Assembly (NCBI GenBank): GCA_051530055.1
Contig: CM121341.1
Location: 3,214,151 to 3,278,150, forward strand
Source: Neoechinorhynchus agilis
Lineage: Eukaryota > Animalia > Acanthocephala
Direction: 5' to 3'
DNA length: 64,000 nt
Made by a program: the position numbers and the translations under genes. The notes beneath the pieces were generated by a model that saw nothing but the letters and a program-made list of their open reading frames with translations, did not search any database and had not been told where the DNA came from. Shown in pieces: positions 1 to 10,412 of this stretch; positions within the stretch are counted from its first letter, which is position 1; each line of letters begins with the position of its first letter.

Positions 1-175
1 AGCGCACGTCTTTTGTTGAAGACAGTTCCAATAAATTTAAACTTTAGATTCGAGAATTGTTCACCTGAATGTTTTAGAATTTTCCCGCCGCCCAAGGTGC
101 CCAGCAAGCTCATATTTATCAGTCCTCTAAGATCTTCCTCCTTTACTTTCTTCACTGAGTCGATTACTTCTGTCC

Positions 176-355
<180 letters not shown>

Positions 356-438
356 CGAATCGCATAAACGGGGTTTTCGTCGTCCGATGAAATGATAATT
401 CGTGTCGTAAAATTCTTTGCTATCCTCGATAGACGGGC

Positions 439-1100
439 ATCTCAACGCGCTGAATCCAAAGCTGTTTTCGGATTTTCGATAGCTGCCATAGTTCTAATTT
501 TTCGTCTTTCAATTTTTAGACCAATAATTTTTATTATCGATATCAAAACATCAATCAATTTCAGATAAAATTAACTTTTCAAGATCTACTTTTAAAGCCG
601 ATTTTACCTGACTTTACTGTTTCTCGTAGCCTTTGCAATCTATAAATTTAGTTTGAATATTGATGTTCATAAAAGACACTTTAATTTAATGCATGGTGCG
701 AGGACGCGGTTAAGATCTCATATCACATTCTGAACATCTCTGATGCGCTGATTTTGATGGGTTTGTCCAATTTTTATTGATCTTGCAAATTTAGTGAGCT
801 TTCACTGCTATGATTTTACACGAAAAATAACAATGCGATTTCCGACCTCAATAATATAGCTGTCGTTTATAAATTATGTTCAGTTGTTCATCTCAATGCG
901 CTGATTCCATGCCTGTGTTCGGATTTGCGATAGCTGCCGTAGTTCTTGAGTTATTCGTCTACAAGTTTTAGGTCAATAACCTTGATTATCAATATCAAAA
1001 CATCAATAAATTTCGCATCAAATAACCCTTCCTGGATCTACTTTTATAGCTGATTTTATCTGGATTTACTTTTTTGTAGTCTATGCAATCTAGATTTTTG
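439..1100. repeat. Diverged ~450-bp AT-rich repeat, about 1.5 tandem units
   Basis: CATCTCAACGCGCTGAATCC at 439 recurs as CATCTCAATGCGCTGATTCC at 890. Related sequence lies at ~8545-8960 and ~17565-17742. Confidence 0.8.
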
Positions 1101-1916
1101 TGATTAAGGCATTCTGTGAGATAAAGAAAGGCAGCAATGGGCAGCTGAACTAAGGAGAAATCGAAAATAATTACTTGCTAGGATATTAATCAAATGACTA
1201 AAATCAGAGTTTACGAAAATGCCTTAACATTTCCATTAGTACCCTTTTTATCTAGCACTTAAAAGGCGATTTCAAACAAAAATCAGTATAAATAATATCT
1301 TATTCGTCAAATTTCTTATATTTTAATAATTTCTATACTCGTTGTTTATTAAAGGTTTCAGCTCAAAACTGTCGAATCAGAAACAATGGATCGTGCTAAA
1401 AAACATTTGCATTGATCGGCGATAAACGTTTTACCAAAATACACTGAATACAAATTTTCTAGCACAATAATTGAAAAGTCGTTTGCTTTCATTAGAGTAA
1501 AGTAAGTGTCGGGTGATGGTATTCATCGCAAAATTTTGTTTCCTTAAAATCGCAGTGTTGGGGGGTTGAGAAAATCCCCATCACATTGCGACTGAAGTTC
1601 TTTTTTTCTCCAAATCTTAAGTTTTATGTGGCTATTTATAGCGAGGAGGAACCACTCGGCGTGAACACGATTGCAAAATCGATCGGAAACTTTCCCGTCT
1701 TTGTGGATTTGTTGATTAAGATAAAAGTATTATCTACGTATCTCCCCTTTGGCTGTGCGTCATTGGTGGTAACGGATTCGAACCACTTGACCCCTAATCG
1801 GTATCATGGGCATTAGTCCACTTGACCACCTCGACTGCCAGTAAAACTTAAAAAATATAGAACACGGCGCTATCCCTGAGCCGATGAACTGGCTGAGTTT
1901 GACATTTCGTAGTTGC

Positions 1917-1988
1917 GTCGAGATGGTCAAGTGGACTAATGCCCATGATCCCGATTAGGGGTCAAGTGGTTCGAATCCGTTACCACCA
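1917..1988 (+). promoter_or_regulatory. tRNA-derived internal Pol III promoter (A box and B box)
   Basis: A box TGGTCAAGTGG 1924-1934 with D-arm GGTC/GACT; B box GGTTCGAATCC 1968-1978; ends in ACCA. The acceptor stem does not pair, so it is not a functional tRNA. Confidence 0.75.
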
Positions 1989-2005
1989 ATGACGCACAGC
2001 CAAAG

Positions 2006-2069
2006 GGGACGAAATACCGCTAAAGGGAGGAAACTCACTGATGAGTCCCGCCTCCTGGAGGTATCTGAG
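2006..2069 (+). ncRNA. Hammerhead ribozyme, non-circularly permuted strand order
   Basis: Stem II GGGAC(2006-10)/GTCCC(2045-49); GAAA 2011-14; stem III ATACC(2014-18)/GGTAT(2060-64); CTGATGA 2038-44; cleavage triplet ATC with predicted cut after 2065; stem I CTCA(2034-37)/TGAG(2066-69). Confidence 0.8.
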
Positions 2070-2345
2070 GATCCGGAGGAATGTACAAACTCTTAACCGT
2101 GCATTAGAGACTACGTGGTTATATCACTTCTCTGATGTAAGGTTTGGCTCTATGCCTAAATAAATAAGCCGGACAAGAAAGGGATTGTCTAAAATTGAAT
2201 GATCATAACATACCGGCTTGCCAGTAAAACTTAAAATATAGAACACGGCGCTATCCCTGAGCCGATGAACTGGCTGAGTTTGACATTTCGTAGTTGTGTC
2301 GAGGAGGTCAAGTGGACTAATGCCCATGATCCCGATTAGGGGGAT

Positions 2346-2960
2346 ACATTGAGAAATGTATGAGGGAGGCTCGATATGTTCCTCTGGTGAGAACATTCAA
2401 TCAGGAGGAAAAGAAGCAATTTATCGGGACACCATTCATCAATGATAGTTGGAATGCAAAAATAGACACCCTGATCAAACGAATCGATGGGGACAAAGTG
2501 TTCACTATGTATAGTAGGAAGGGCAGAACTCTCCAAGGAATTCTCGGACCGAAGAATGAGGATGTTCCTGCTGGATGTGTCTATAGATTCCATATTCGAA
2601 TTGCAGTCTGTCATATGTGGGACAAACGAACAATCTATAAACTGAAGGACTGATGAGCGCAGAAGAGCAGCTATCAAAAAGTTGGATGTGAGCTCGGCGA
2701 TAGCTTCCCAGATCAATGGTAGTGGGCATGAAATCAGTTTTGATGGCGTCGAGGTTCTGGCGAGGAGTGACGTAAGACGCGACAGAGTGACTATGGAAGC
2801 CATCATTATCACGCAAACGGATACTTTTGTTGGTAACAAAGCTGACTACAAACTCAGTCTGCGAGTCGCACCGGATAAACTATTTGACCATGCTTCTTTT
2901 AAATTGTAGATTGACTCAAGAAAGCCAACCAAAAGGCCGAAGATTTTCAAGATAAATCTA
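2346..2960 (+). mobile_element. Penelope-like element 3' fragment (degenerate GIY-YIG endonuclease)
   Basis: GCVYRF..CS.SYVGQT and SAIASQINGSGHEISFD..LARSD..RDRVTMEAIII motifs across frameshifts; decayed hammerhead at 2911-2950. Confidence 0.8.
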
Positions 2961-3009
2961 TTTTTTGAACCAAACATCGCTGATTGATACTGAAGTTAAT
3001 CAACAATCG

Positions 3010-3660
3010 CCTAGGCGTCAGAAGGTGCGCAGCAGCCTATCTCAGTCGGACGAAGCTTCGTGCCCACAATTTTCGCAATGCTTCTGTTTAAAATTTTTGC
3101 TGCTAAGCGACGCAGAGTTGTTCCAACTGCAATGAGATGAATCTCACCTTCCTTTTTCGCGAGGGCACACAAAGATTCGCCGAAAAATAGCTCGATTTCT
3201 TTCAGAATCAATTCTCCCCTTGCAAATTGGTACGTGCCAATGCATCTTAAAGGGACTGAGCAGCGCCACCTACTGAAAAAGTCATATCCTTGAGATGTTG
3301 GGAGTGGAGTCCGTCAAGCTCGTGAGCTGATCCGTTATCAAATCAGGAGATTACCATCTTCAATTCTGATTTCGATGATAAAATATAAGGGATCTTAACA
3401 ATAGAGGAGGATTCCACGAATTACAGCTGATCGCCGTCACTGGGAGGCTTGGAACGAAGAATTCGTAAAGTTTCTTCGTTATCTTTGGTTAGACTGTCCA
3501 TTGATGATAAAAGGCGATCTGCTCTTCGGACATCTCCCCGTCTACTAACTTCGAAGAAACGCGCTCAGCAAGCCGCGGATTTTACTTTCATTGATGGTCA
3601 GCCTTCTGGACACACTCCGTACGTAGTTCGCATGCTGCCGAAAGGCATTAAGATTTTAAT
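3010..3660 (-). mobile_element. CRE-clade RLE non-LTR retrotransposon remnant
   Basis: LFFGESLCALAKKEGEIHLIAVGTTLRRLAAK (RT domains 1-2), preceded by a ..LDGLHSQHLKDM..-like segment. Confidence 0.8.
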
Positions 3661-4402
3661 CAAAAGAAATTATTCGCTACCCGTGAATGCCTTCAAACGC
3701 TAATTTATTGAATTTAATCGTTGAAACGATTCCAAGCTGAAACATCGAGCATTACTCGGTACATCTTTTCTAGGTGTGAATAATGAATAAAACCTGTCGT
3801 GTGTTTGTCCGAGCATTCAATTAATTCCCAGTAACTCAAAATTTACTGATGATTGGAAACAAGACGAAAGGAAAGAAATCTGATAATTTCCTTGTGATAG
3901 CCGAGGACCGGAATTTTCGAGATGGTTATCCCTTTTGTGCAATTTTTCGACTTTTGTGACGCTTCTCGCGACGAAAATCCGACATTTTCAACGAATTAAT
4001 AGTTTTTGTGTTATAATTGTTTAGTTGTTTTGGCTTTTTGCATTACCTTCTTAAATTTATATAAAATTCATAGCTCGATTGTCGAAAACTGCGATTGTAC
4101 CCAAAATTGTGTATCTCTTTAATTGAATCGCTTGATAATTCATTTTTTTAGGCAAAATGGACTTTAGTGGCTTGGTGCAATGCTCGTGCGCGGTTTAAAC
4201 GGTTTTTGATAAAGTTGATCTCGACCCGTCATGAGTTTTTTGATAAACAAAAATATACAATAAATGTTTGTTGTTTGCCTTCAAAACTCCAAACAATAAG
4301 AAAAACATATTTGTACGGAAAATGTTTGTAGTGTTAAACGAATGTGATTTAAGAATATCCTGCACCCATCCTAAACTCCGACAGATTGATCGATAACGCC
4401 TA

Positions 4403-5040
4403 ATGAATCCTACAAAGTTCAAAGCATTGAGTATCGCAACTGCGATTTTGTTCTTTGCAAGTTCAATCTTAAGTTGGGTCTCACTGTGCAGCAATCATCC
4501 ATGGTCACGAGTTCCGGATACGAAAATCACCATCAGAATCTCCGGACATTCATCCATGTCTCCAATTTATTTCCTTCTCATCGAAGGTGAGTTTCCTTCT
4601 TGTTTCTTTTATAAAATCGCTTTCGTTAGGAGGACTAATGCGCACATTGCTGCTTATGAGCGCAGGAATCGAAACTGCGGCTTTTCTCATGGCCGTGTCT
4701 CATTTTCTATGCCAAGGACGAGTTCGCATATTGTGGCTGCAACTTTCCTCTGTTTTTGGACAAATCTCTTGTAAGTGTCGCCTACTATTGTAAATATTCT
4801 TGATATTCGTCTTTAGTGACCTACCAACTAATGGGAATGGGATCGATTTCTTTATACGTCAACGAGAAGGGTCATCGATTTTGCTACCCATTTTATTTGG
4901 CGATGGGAAGCTGCCTTTCCTCGATCTTAGCCTTTGTAGTCTCCCAAACAGTGACGTATATTCTCGGCACGAATATTCTCAGATTGTTTGATGATGGATT
5001 TACTGAGATACGGCCAAAGTATCTGCAGCGCAGCGGGTAA
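4403..5040 (+). CDS. Tetraspan membrane protein, claudin/PMP22-like (3 exons, 182 aa)
   Basis: Exons 4403-4586, 4630-4770 and 4817-5040 join in frame through GT-AG introns of 43 and 46 nt. Four hydrophobic helices; FYLAMGS precedes TM4. Confidence 0.6.
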
Positions 5041-5609
5041 GAAGTGATCAATTTCTATTAAGTATAATTCAATTATTTAAATTTAAGTACTTTAAAAGCG
5101 AATCCTGTAGTTAATCCATTCGCCAAGGTGAAGAAATCATCAGAAGAGTTTTCTGGGACGCATGTTTCTCCACTGAAATATTTCCCAGATGAAGAAGCCA
5201 TCCAACTTAATCAATTAGACAACCATTCTTGCCCAATTAAAACGGATTCCCTTCATCCGGAGAGGTCTATGGATACGCCACGATCAGACATAGGCAATCC
5301 AATTCTATACGATCGAATGTGGTTTTGGAGAAAATGTTCAGCCTTTCATTAGCTCCAAATTAACCAAAATTAATTATTATTTACTCAATAAATCAGTTAA
5401 CCTTTATGACAGGTCAGCTCAGTGGTGATTTTAAGAAAACTGGGAAATTCGATATTGTGAAGAATTCGATTTCAACGATCATCAACTTCTATTCTAATAT
5501 TCGATTTTCCATTTCCATGCTCCAAATAAAGATGGATAAAGCATACTACGCATGCAACCCTGATTTCCCTCGCCTTCAATTCTCTTTTGCTAATCACATT
5601 CCTGACTCG

Positions 5610-5610
<1 letters not shown>

Positions 5611-5686
<76 letters not shown>
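5611..5686. repeat. Poly(G) run, probable artefact
   Basis: 76 G sit where the duplicate copy (~15597-15603) reads CGCGTAAGCCC. Confidence 0.85.
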
Positions 5687-5689
5687 CGG

Positions 5690-6130
5690 GGCCTTTCTTG
5701 TACATAAACTCGCCTCCTATTCCATTCACCTCTGGTGGGAAAACACGAAAATATTTCTTCAACCTCTCAAACTCGGACCTCTTTGCTACACTAAACTCTA
5801 TCAATGCGCAACTTTGTGGTTCCCTAAATCTCCCTTTTCCTACTGGCCTATTCGTTTTATCATCCCAGATATAATTGATCCACTAACCCACATAACCAAC
5901 CAAAGTTTCAATACCGGAATCTTCCCAAATTGCCTTAAAACTTCTCGGGTTTCACTGCTCCCGAAAGCTGGTAAACTTATATTCATCTCAAGTTTTCGAC
6001 CCATTTCTATCTTAACTTTCTTCTCTAAGGTCTTTGAGAAATGCTTTAAAGCACACCTTCTGCCAATCTTCAATCGAAAAATTTCATCCATTCAATTAGG
6101 TTTCCGGCTTTTCGTGTACGGACGCCCCTC
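5690..6130 (+). mobile_element. L2/CR1-type (APE-clade) LINE reverse transcriptase fragment
   Basis: IIDPLTHITNQSFNTGIFPNCLKTSRVSLLPKAG..FRPISILTFFSKVFEKC..QLGFR (RT domains 0-2). Confidence 0.85.
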
Positions 6131-6335
6131 TTTGCATCTACGATTCTCTTTTTTATAAATTCGGATTCGAGGTTTCAGAAATTTAGATAGAATACTTGGC
6201 GCACAAGTCAAAATGTCTGCTGTTCGCTTTCGAGATAGTGAGAATGTAAATTGGGATAAATTTTTGTTTAAATAAGTCTTAATATTTTACATAGGAATGT
6301 TCGAATCGCATAAGATCCCTTTTTTAAATCTACGA

Positions 6336-6676
6336 ATGTCGTCGCCGGTCCAATACATTGTTCTAAGGAAAGATTTAAATTAGCCTGCGCCCTCATTGCT
6401 CAAGCTTGCCACCGTGCTACCGCTGTAATCTTTCAGAACTACGAGGATCACTTAACTCTTTCATATTTGTAAGATATTGACAACATGCACAAAATTGCTC
6501 TCGAGTACGACGGCGAAAAGGAGTTGAATAACATTCAGCTGTCATTGTCTGAAAGGAACATAAAGTATAAAGTCTGGATTGAAAACCCTGAAAATCTTGG
6601 AACCTGTATAGCGCTGAAACCTTATCCTAAAAAAGCCGTTAGCGATTTGTTTAAGAGCCTTAAACTTTTCAATTAA
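6336..6676 (+). pseudogene. PTRHD1: Putative peptidyl-tRNA hydrolase PTRHD1, disrupted
   Basis: VQYIVLRKDL, ALIAQACH and VWIENPENLGTCIALKPYPK motifs. TAG at the conserved Trp, a frameshift, and a further in-frame TAA. Confidence 0.85.
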
Positions 6677-6869
6677 GCATAAACATTAGATTTTTTCGAG
6701 AACGGGCAGAGCTGTATTGGAATTTAAGTGTAGCCGAAAAATATAAAGGACAAAAAATCTCGAATCGTACAAGACTCGATTATCTAAGGATTAATCCCAA
6801 ATACTTGGCTTCTACCGAGATCGCCGATAAATTGATTTTGCCTCTCTTCTGCTCTGAAGAGTAAAACAA

Positions 6870-7452
6870 AACACTAGTCCTTAAACGGTAAAGTTGCCTG
6901 ATATCTTCGAATAATTGGCAGATCTCCTGCAATTATCAGCCAGCGGACTGCTGTCGCCAACTTCTTTATTACATTGCTTTCAGATCTGATACTTAATCTG
7001 GTTACTTTGGGATTAACCATGATTCCAATGCCCTCTGTCGGCTGCCAGGGATGCTGAGACAATGCTCCGTAATGAAATAGTCAATCAAAGCCAATTCCCA
7101 GAAATAATCAATTTTTTTCATTCCTTTACAGTTCTTACACGACCGTTTAAGTCCATCTCTATGCTTACAATCTCATCCTGAACAAAATCTGCATCCTCTC
7201 CTTGCTTATTAATGGATGCGCCGTCTTCATAGATCTCTTGCTTTACCGCATTCAGTAAAGTTTGCTCCAAGTGTAATCATTTTGCTTTTAGCTGCCAACA
7301 AGCTTTTCTGCCGATTGTGTAGTCGACGTATTCGACTGTTCATGTAACTGGGCAGCCAAAATTTCGAGCACCATCGTCGTTTTTGATAATCAAAATTGGG
7401 CATCATAAATAACAGATTTTTTAAACTGTTCAAAGCGAATTCTATAACCAAA
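6870..7452 (-). mobile_element. Degenerate Gypsy-like gag fragment
   Basis: Same sequence as 16168-16510 and 17080-17380, which adjoin clearer gag motifs; contains a CGK-type knuckle remnant. Confidence 0.5.
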
Positions 7453-7539
7453 TGAAATTCCCGTTTAAATACAAAAGCACAACAATGATTATAAGTTCAC
7501 CTAAAAATGTCACGTATGGGGTTTTCGTCGGTCGATGGG

Positions 7540-8465
7540 ACGTAAGGATAAAACACGATGATAAAGGCAATATCAAAACGCAGCTCTACCGCAAACCAAG
7601 TATACCATGGAGTTCACCTCACTGGTCGAGCCACCGACCGTTCCATTACAAAATCACAGCGGTAACGTCCTACTTCAAGAAGGCCAGGATGATTTCTTCA
7701 GAAAGCAGGGATTGGGAAGAAGAGAAATAAAGGATCACCAAAGTTCTCAGATCACGAGGCTTCTCTGAATTGGCCATCAAAATCGGTCTCAAAACAGCAA
7801 CACATATCGGCCATCGGAAGAAGAAGGAAACCACAAGCATCTCCTTCAAATACACCGGCTTTCACCACATAAGTTACACAGCGACCAGAAAACTGAGGCG
7901 TCTCAACTACCTCGCTCCAAATCTCTTGATTTGCAACAAACGGGCGCATCCATTGCGGGTATTCTCAAGAGGAAAACCAAACAAGAGACCAAATATTGTG
8001 CAGAATGCTCAAAGGTCTACGCTGGACAAGCTATACAAGAGATCGAGAAATGGATCTCGCAGCATAAACAGGCTTGCAGGACTTTCGACAAATCCACAGC
8101 AATCTCAAACCACCAGCAAACAACCCAGCACAAGGTGGATTTTGAAAAGGCGAGATTCATAACCAGCGAACCGGATCTTAGAAGAAGACTGATTTTTGAG
8201 GCCATTCACATCCGGGGAAATCCAACGATGGAAGGCAATAAATCGAACTTTACTCTGGAGCTACCAAAGTTCCGAAATATGACGAACAAATTATTCGGCA
8301 ACAAACAGAAGGAGGTGTGTGCGGATCGAACCCCCACACTTCGGGTATTAGCAAACCCGCGGATATCCAGAAATGACCGGCTGTGCATGCTGCATATGTC
8401 ATCTCCATTTTAGATAGAGATTAAGAGGCAAGGAAAACTTTGCGAAATATTTCTCAAATAAATAA
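7540..8465 (+). mobile_element. Penelope-like element: RT C-terminus, GIY-YIG and 3' tail
   Basis: DVRI..TQLYRKP..HWSSH; CAECSKVYAGQ..QH..SAISNH..HKVDF..RRRLIFEAIHI; decayed hammerhead and AATAAA at 8417-8462. Confidence 0.9.
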
Positions 8466-8544
8466 ATGATTATCGATAACACCGGGGACAGGATTCTCCA
8501 ACGTACAATAAAATTTAACCCGAGGACAATGATATATTATATTT

Positions 8545-8960
8545 AGTGATCTTTCACTGTTATGACCTTTGACGATATATAACAATGCGATTTCCGACGT
8601 TAATAATATAGCTGTCGTTTATTGATTATGTTCATTTAGTTCATTTCAACGCGCTGATTTAAAAATCTGTTTTTCGGAGTTGCAATAGCTGCCATAGTTC
8701 TTCAGTTAGTCGTCTTTCAATTTTTAGACCAATAACGTCGATTATCGATTACAAAACTTCAATAAACTTAAGATCAAATTAACTTTTCTAGATCTACTTT
8801 TAAAGCTTTTTCACCTGACTTTACTGTATTTTTAGCTCTTTAAATCTATACATTTAGTTTGAACATTGATGTTCATAAAAGACACCTGAATTTAATCAGT
8901 AGTTCGATGACGGGGTTCAGATATGATAAAACACTGAGAATTTCTTATGCGCTGATTTCA
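8545..8960. repeat. Copy of the ~450-bp repeat
   Basis: Aligns with 790-900 and 440-750. Confidence 0.75.
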
Positions 8961-9739
8961 ATGGTAAAATTTTAAAAGGATTCCGATCCTACAAAACGAA
9001 ATGAACTTATTGAATTGTTTAAACATGCAACATCTATCAATGAAATGGATGTCCCTCACGAAACCGCGAAGAGTATTAACGTTGACAGTGAAAATATTGG
9101 AGATTAACCATCTTTTTGTCTACGATTACGATTAGTTTAACTTTCGATTGGAAGTGAATTTATAGAATCTTAATTCTGTAAATAAGGACGACAAACTCCT
9201 CACATCGGAGATCAGATTCCAATAACCAAAAACAATGGATCGTGTTCCTTAAAAAAAGATTTGTATCGACGCAAAACTTTTAATCAAAAAGCTTTATACT
9301 AATGGCGTCCAACTGATTTTAAATCAAATTCCAATTAAAAGAAGAATTCGTGCGGGACGTTCATTTGCCCTTCGAATAGCGATCCTACAGAGCGAGCTGT
9401 GGGCCATTGGGACTTCTTGGGAAATGTGTTTGACTAAATCATTGGCTATAAAAAAACTCCTCGAAATTCTTTAAAATAGTCGGTAAAATTTGTAAGGAAT
9501 CAAGTCCGGTTCAACGAGGAACAGCTAGGCAACTACGATACGAAAACTTGAAATTCAGAATAATTTGTTCATATTTTTATGGCAATCAAACTCTGCGCTT
9601 TATGTAATTTCAATAAAAATAGCCGATGGACGATGAATTTGAGTATTTAGCACCGTCTAAATTTGGATCTCAATATGAGTTCTAATTTATCGCAAATATA
9701 AGATTTGCAAACAAACTCCGTTAGTTTTTTTGATTTTTT

Positions 9740-10412
9740 AGACGTTGAGGGACACACAATCTTTTATTGAATCCGATATTTCGGCGCCTCACGCCTTCTT
9801 CAGGTTCCTTGATACTCTAAAACACACAAAGGGAGTTCACAAGAGGTCCATGCTTCCTGTCAATTCGTCTCGGCGGTTCAGGTTTTCCCGTTCGCAGCCG
9901 AGATCCCCGCTTGCACCCGACCGCACTACCCAATTTACGGTTGATCAGCAGGGCTTCCGAGATAGAGAGTTCAATGGGATCTGATGCCCGATAAAGAACC
10001 CCAAAGTCAAAAACCGGGCTGGCTCCCTCGTGGCGGGTAGCGAAGTGAGTGCCCCAGGGCGTTGATGCGTACGCTGGACTGGTCGGATTGCATGCATTAC
10101 GCGCGTGCTCAGTGATGCGTTCACGCAGTGCTCGCTCTGTTTTCCCGCGTCGTTACAGTTCCTGCAGGTGATCTCGTAGACGAGGTTGCTTGAGAAGCAA
10201 TCGCTTTTTGCCCCAGCATTCTTCGGGCAAAAGAAATTATTCGCTAGCAGGGCTTCCGAGATAGAGAGTTCAATGGGATCTGATGCCCGATAAAGAACCC
10301 CAAAGTCAAAAACCGGGCTGGCTCCCTCGTGGCGGGTAGCGAAGTGAGTGCCCCAGGGCGTTGATGCGTACGCTGGACTGGTCGGATTGCATGCATTACG
10401 CGCGTGCTCAGT
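9740..10412 (-). mobile_element. Penelope-like element 3' end (GIY-YIG) with internal tandem duplication
   Basis: CFSSNLVYEITCRNC..TEHAR..WGTHF..LSISEALL; 9947-10112 is repeated at 10244-10412; 3' hammerhead and AATAAA. Confidence 0.9.
9763..9810 (-). ncRNA. Minimal type I hammerhead (PLE-associated)
   Basis: Minus strand CTGAAGA-A-GGCG-TGAGG-CGCC-GAAA-TATC^GGATTC-AATAAA. Core intact, stem I weak. Confidence 0.7.

Larger units (their letters stand above)
1741..2342 (+). mobile_element. SINE/retrozyme-like unit with a tRNA-derived head, inverted and direct repeats, next to a PLE
   Basis: 1741-1835 is an inverted copy of ~1917-2009. 1837-1962 is directly repeated at 2219-2342. The unit contains A/B boxes and a hammerhead. 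Confidence 0.65.
3703..10220 (+). repeat. Segmental duplication, copy 1 (partner 13678-18160)
   Basis: 3703-6230 matches 13678-16170 nearly base for base. 7022-7452, 8690-8870 and 9830-10220 recur in pieces at 16168-18160. Confidence 0.85.

Noticed and set aside
1917-1988. Functional tRNA gene
   Set aside because: D and T arms are present, but the acceptor stem does not pair and there is no clean anticodon arm. Kept as a tRNA-derived promoter.
3846-3895. Possible hammerhead CTGATGA..GAAA-GGAAA..TTTCC-TT (duplicate near 13821)
   Set aside because: Stem III pairs, but stem II lacks its closing pairs and stem I does not form. At most a relic.
5111-5352. Fourth exon of the tetraspan gene
   Set aside because: Both candidate acceptors give an immediate stop after the 5037 donor, so the gene most simply ends at 5040.
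5406-6158. 250-aa ORF with a poly-Gly tract
   Set aside because: The poly(G) is absent from the duplicate copy, and the rest is a LINE RT fragment.
6336-6480. Alternative genetic code (TAG/TAA/TGA read-through), suggested by the PTRHD1 and MTHFR stops
   Set aside because: Intact genes here end normally at TAA or TGA (DGK, SERP1, CC2D2A, homeobox, forkhead) and long ORFs lack in-frame stops.
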